The notes under the pieces were generated by a model. It was not told the DNA's origin. It was given only the letters and a program-made list of their open reading frames with translations, and ran no database searches. From a plasmid, in sequence record NZ_CP121825.1: a stretch of DNA of 7,980 bases; one strand, written 5' to 3'. Below are positions 5,636 to 7,980 of the stretch, one piece after another. The translations under genes and the position numbers were made by a program. Position 1 is the first letter of the stretch, and each line of letters starts with the position of its first letter.

Positions 5636-5994
5636 ATCAAAAACCTGTTTTGATGATTCATATCTACGTTATGACACCAACGCAGCTAAACATCAAATTA
5701 TAATTATGAATAATCAAATTCTAATTTTGATTGGTATTACTCAGGTTCGTAGAACCGCACTCGGGTTTCAAAGGGGGCGACCCTTTGGCACGCCGATAGG
5801 ATGCAGGCACGCCGACGGTACAAACGCAGTTTGTATACGTTCGGTCTCGTGCCTGTATACAGTCGGTGTCGTGCCTGTCTGTTTCTTCAATTTCTGTATG
5901 CACCTACAAAAAACCCACATAAAGGAAGCATAAAGAAGGCGATAGGGAATCAATTGGGGTGCATTTAGAAACCATTAAGGTCATATAAAACCTA

Positions 5995-6011
5995 CAGATA
6001 GATACTATCTG
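5995..6011. promoter_or_regulatory. 17-bp palindrome CAGATAGatACTATCTG upstream of the 176-aa ORF.
   Basis: Perfect 7-bp arms. The direct repeat GCATTCT occurs twice just downstream. Confidence 0.4.
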
Positions 6012-6062
6012 GGTAGCATTCTGGTACATTGGTGGGCATTCTCACTGAAAAATGACGCCGCC

Positions 6063-6593
6063 ATGCTGCCGAAACCAAGCAATAAATTCATTCCAAAGAT
6101 CGAGTCATACCTCCACCAAGGGGAGGTATCAAAACCCAAGGCAAAAGTAATCGCCCACGTCTATCCAGAAGTGGAGACGATGATCGAACAAGGCTTTTCC
6201 CTTACTCAAATCGTGGCGGCCATCAATGCGAACGATGTGGGCTTTACCATCACACTTGCCACCTTCAAAAACACCCTGCATAGGCTGCGCAAGCGCCAGA
6301 TTCAACAAGCACCGACACCGAAGAACATCACACAGCCAGCCCGTAACGCATTCCGCGAGAGGCCAAAAAAGATTCAGCACGATAACAATCCTGATCTTGA
6401 TGCGCTGCTAGATAGGCTGGGAGCTGAAGCGGGAACCTTGGCTGACTACTTAAAGGTGTGTTTCAACTCGGAATCTATCGCCAACAGGGCCATAGAGGCT
6501 GGGGTATCCATAGAGGAAATTAGGTCATGGGAATGCCCGAACCAGATCCGGCTTGGCACAAGGTTAAGCCACTTCATTAGAAGTGCATCATAA
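6063..6593 (+). CDS. Hypothetical 176-aa protein unique to element 2, with a possible helix-turn-helix segment (GFSLTQIVAAINANDVGFTITLATFKNTLHRLRKRQ).
   Basis: Long ORF occupying the slot where element 1 has the iterons. There is no clear Shine-Dalgarno at ATG 6063, and an alternative start exists near 6181 after GGAG. No confident family assignment. Confidence 0.45.
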   Translation: MLPKPSNKFIPKIESYLHQGEVSKPKAKVIAHVYPEVETMIEQGFSLTQIVAAINANDVGFTITLATFKNTLHRLRKRQIQQAPTPKNITQPARNAFRERPKKIQHDNNPDLDALLDRLGAEAGTLADYLKVCFNSESIANRAIEAGVSIEEIRSWECPNQIRLGTRLSHFIRSAS

Positions 6594-6603
6594 AGGTAAA
6601 GTG

Positions 6604-6813
6604 ATGAGTCAAAATTTAAATTTGATTGCTACGGGGAAAGAGCAATTCAGCCGATACCATGTTGCCGACTACCTGACGAACCGTGCAGACGTCTCGGCCT
6701 ACCTCAAAGCCGCCAAGGAAGAGAACGATCCGGCCCTCCTCGCTGCCGTCATGGAAGACATCCGCCAAATAGAAGCGGTGCAACATGCCAGCAAAACGCG
6801 AATCCTGCCATAG
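6604..6813 (+). CDS. Second copy of the HigA-N-like small protein. Its N-terminal half is divergent, and there is an alternative upstream ATG at 6583.
   Basis: AAGGTAAAG Shine-Dalgarno before ATG 6604. The C-terminal 35 aa are identical to copy 1, while the N-terminal half is only about 50% identical. Confidence 0.6.
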   Translation: MSQNLNLIATGKEQFSRYHVADYLTNRADVSAYLKAAKEENDPALLAAVMEDIRQIEAVQHASKTRILP

Positions 6814-6861
6814 CCATAGAGCAGCCATGAATTTCGTACGTACGAAGAAAAGAGGCACCCA

Positions 6862-7044
6862 GTGACATATCAGAAGCTGACGAAACAAGAACTCACCGAG
6901 CTACTGGAGGAAATGAGGGCGGCCGGAGAATGGGCTAAAGCCGTTTTGGAACAAGAGCGGCGGCAAACGCTAGCACATTGCGAATCCTGCACTAGCACCT
7001 CAAATTTCGTACGTACGAAAAAACCAACCCAGCTCCGTGGATAA
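6862..7044 (+). CDS. Second copy of the 60-aa GTG-start ORF.
   Basis: AAGAGG Shine-Dalgarno upstream. Same frame and length as the element-1 copy. Confidence 0.45.
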   Translation: MTYQKLTKQELTELLEEMRAAGEWAKAVLEQERRQTLAHCESCTSTSNFVRTKKPTQLRG

Positions 7045-7784
7045 GCCCTACTGCCCACAGGCCAAACACACGGCCTGATGGACAGCCCTTCGGGAACGGG
7101 CTTAACCACCTCGCCAAGATCCTCTCTCGATGATGAAGAGAGCAAAAACAACGGCCTAAAGGCCGTGCAAAAAAAGATGTCGCAAAGCTCCCCAGTTAGC
7201 CGGCTCTCCTATCGTTCCGCTGCGCTTCAAGATAGGAGAGCCCTCCTGCTTGGCTACGTTAAAAATGACGTAGTTACACAAGATTGACTCGCCTTGCTCC
7301 GGACTATCGAGACTGCTTGCGGCAGCTCCCTCTCACGCGCTCCAGAGACACACCCCGTCCTTGCTGCATCTGCTTTAGTCCCCGCCTGATGGCCAGACTG
7401 CCGCGCCGTTTTTTAAGAGCTGGCCGTGGTTGGTTCCCCGTTACGCTCTGCTTGCAAATGCCCCACGGTTGCGAATCGTGGGCGGCAGTGGTGCGCGATC
7501 GCACGCTGGGCAGTATGTGAGATTTCCCCGTTCTGCCCGACCAACCACACCCACAAACGGCAACAAACTCATGCTTCCAATCCGTGCGGGTACGACAAAG
7601 CGCCAAAGGTGGTGGCCTTCGGTAACGGGTCGAGTTGCGGGAAAAGCTTGATTGAATGGCCGAATGGCCGCTAAACTGATTAGGACTTTTGGTAGCTGCT
7701 TCCCGCACGGAGCCGTTACCAGGTGAAGTCGGTTCCCCAACTGACAACACCTTCGAAGAAACCGCCCTGCAAGGCGGTTTTTTC
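7045..7784 (+). ncRNA. Candidate large structured RNA, copy 2.
   Basis: Homologous to 1642-2382, with compensatory changes in three helices. Confidence 0.5.
7758..7784 (+). terminator. Rho-independent terminator, copy 2: AAACCGCCctgcaaGGCGGTTTTTT.
   Basis: The stem is preserved by a compensatory A:T to G:C change relative to copy 1. Confidence 0.8.
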
Positions 7785-7915
7785 GTTTCTGGTGCAACTG
7801 CAGCAGCGCAGCGGGAATGGAGGCGAAAGCATTAGCGGAAGAAGTGCGGGAAAAACTTGTTGCTCGCTTAATGATATTAATTTAATATCAAAATAGATAC
7901 GAAAGAGATATTAAA

Positions 7916-7980
7916 ATGGAAGAAAAAACCGCTAATCAATCTGATGACCTTGGCGCAGGAGCCCCCCTCAAAGAGGTGGT
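7916..7980 (+). CDS. Start of the second copy of the small ribbon-helix-helix-like protein (MEEKTANQSDDLGAGAPLKEVV...). It is truncated by the end of the window.
   Basis: In frame through the 6-C run. The same operator palindrome lies upstream. Confidence 0.45.
   Translation, partial: MEEKTANQSDDLGAGAPLKEV

Larger units (their letters stand above)
4984..5881. repeat. Repeat block A, copy 2.
   Basis: Direct comparison with 1-960. Confidence 0.9.

Noticed and set aside
1-7980. Integron cassette array (attC) or CRISPR array
   Set aside because: The repeats are 0.9-1.2 kb homologous backbones rather than attC sites of 57-141 bp. There is no regular repeat-spacer periodicity. The boundaries are dif-like sites, not GTTRRRY cores.

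Overview
The window holds two tandem, related elements, each starting at a 28-bp site that closely matches the XerC/XerD dif consensus (7-34 and 4990-5017). This resembles an array of Xer-dependent integrative elements (IMEX-like) inserted at a dif site. The two elements share about 3 kb of backbone but differ in three slots.

Shared backbone:
- A roughly 900-bp block encoding an 80-aa minus-strand protein under clear purifying selection, followed by a cluster of inverted and direct repeats.
- A small gene resembling the N-terminal domain of HigA-family addiction-module antidote proteins.
- A 60-aa GTG-start ORF flanked by two copies of the palindrome TTCGTACGTACGAA.
- About 740 nt with no conserved coding frame, ending in an intrinsic terminator, whose helices are kept by compensatory substitutions between the copies. 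This is a candidate large structured RNA.
- A palindromic operator followed by a small gene with a ribbon-helix-helix-like fold.

Slots that differ:
- After the first block, element 1 has nine tandem 11-bp iterons plus a CCCACA repeat array, while element 2 has a 176-aa ORF in the same position.
- After the terminator, element 1 has an extra 245-bp segment that element 2 lacks.
- Before the next dif-like site, element 1 carries a complete PvuII-type restriction-modification system. It comprises a beta-class SPPF methyltransferase on the minus strand, divergent C-boxes, a controller (C) gene and an R gene that is clearly homologous to R.PvuII.

The C gene, the R gene, the small ribbon-helix-helix-like gene and the second copy of the 80-aa gene each contain a 1-nt frameshift inside a homopolymer run. 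These are either phase-variable tracts or homopolymer sequencing errors.
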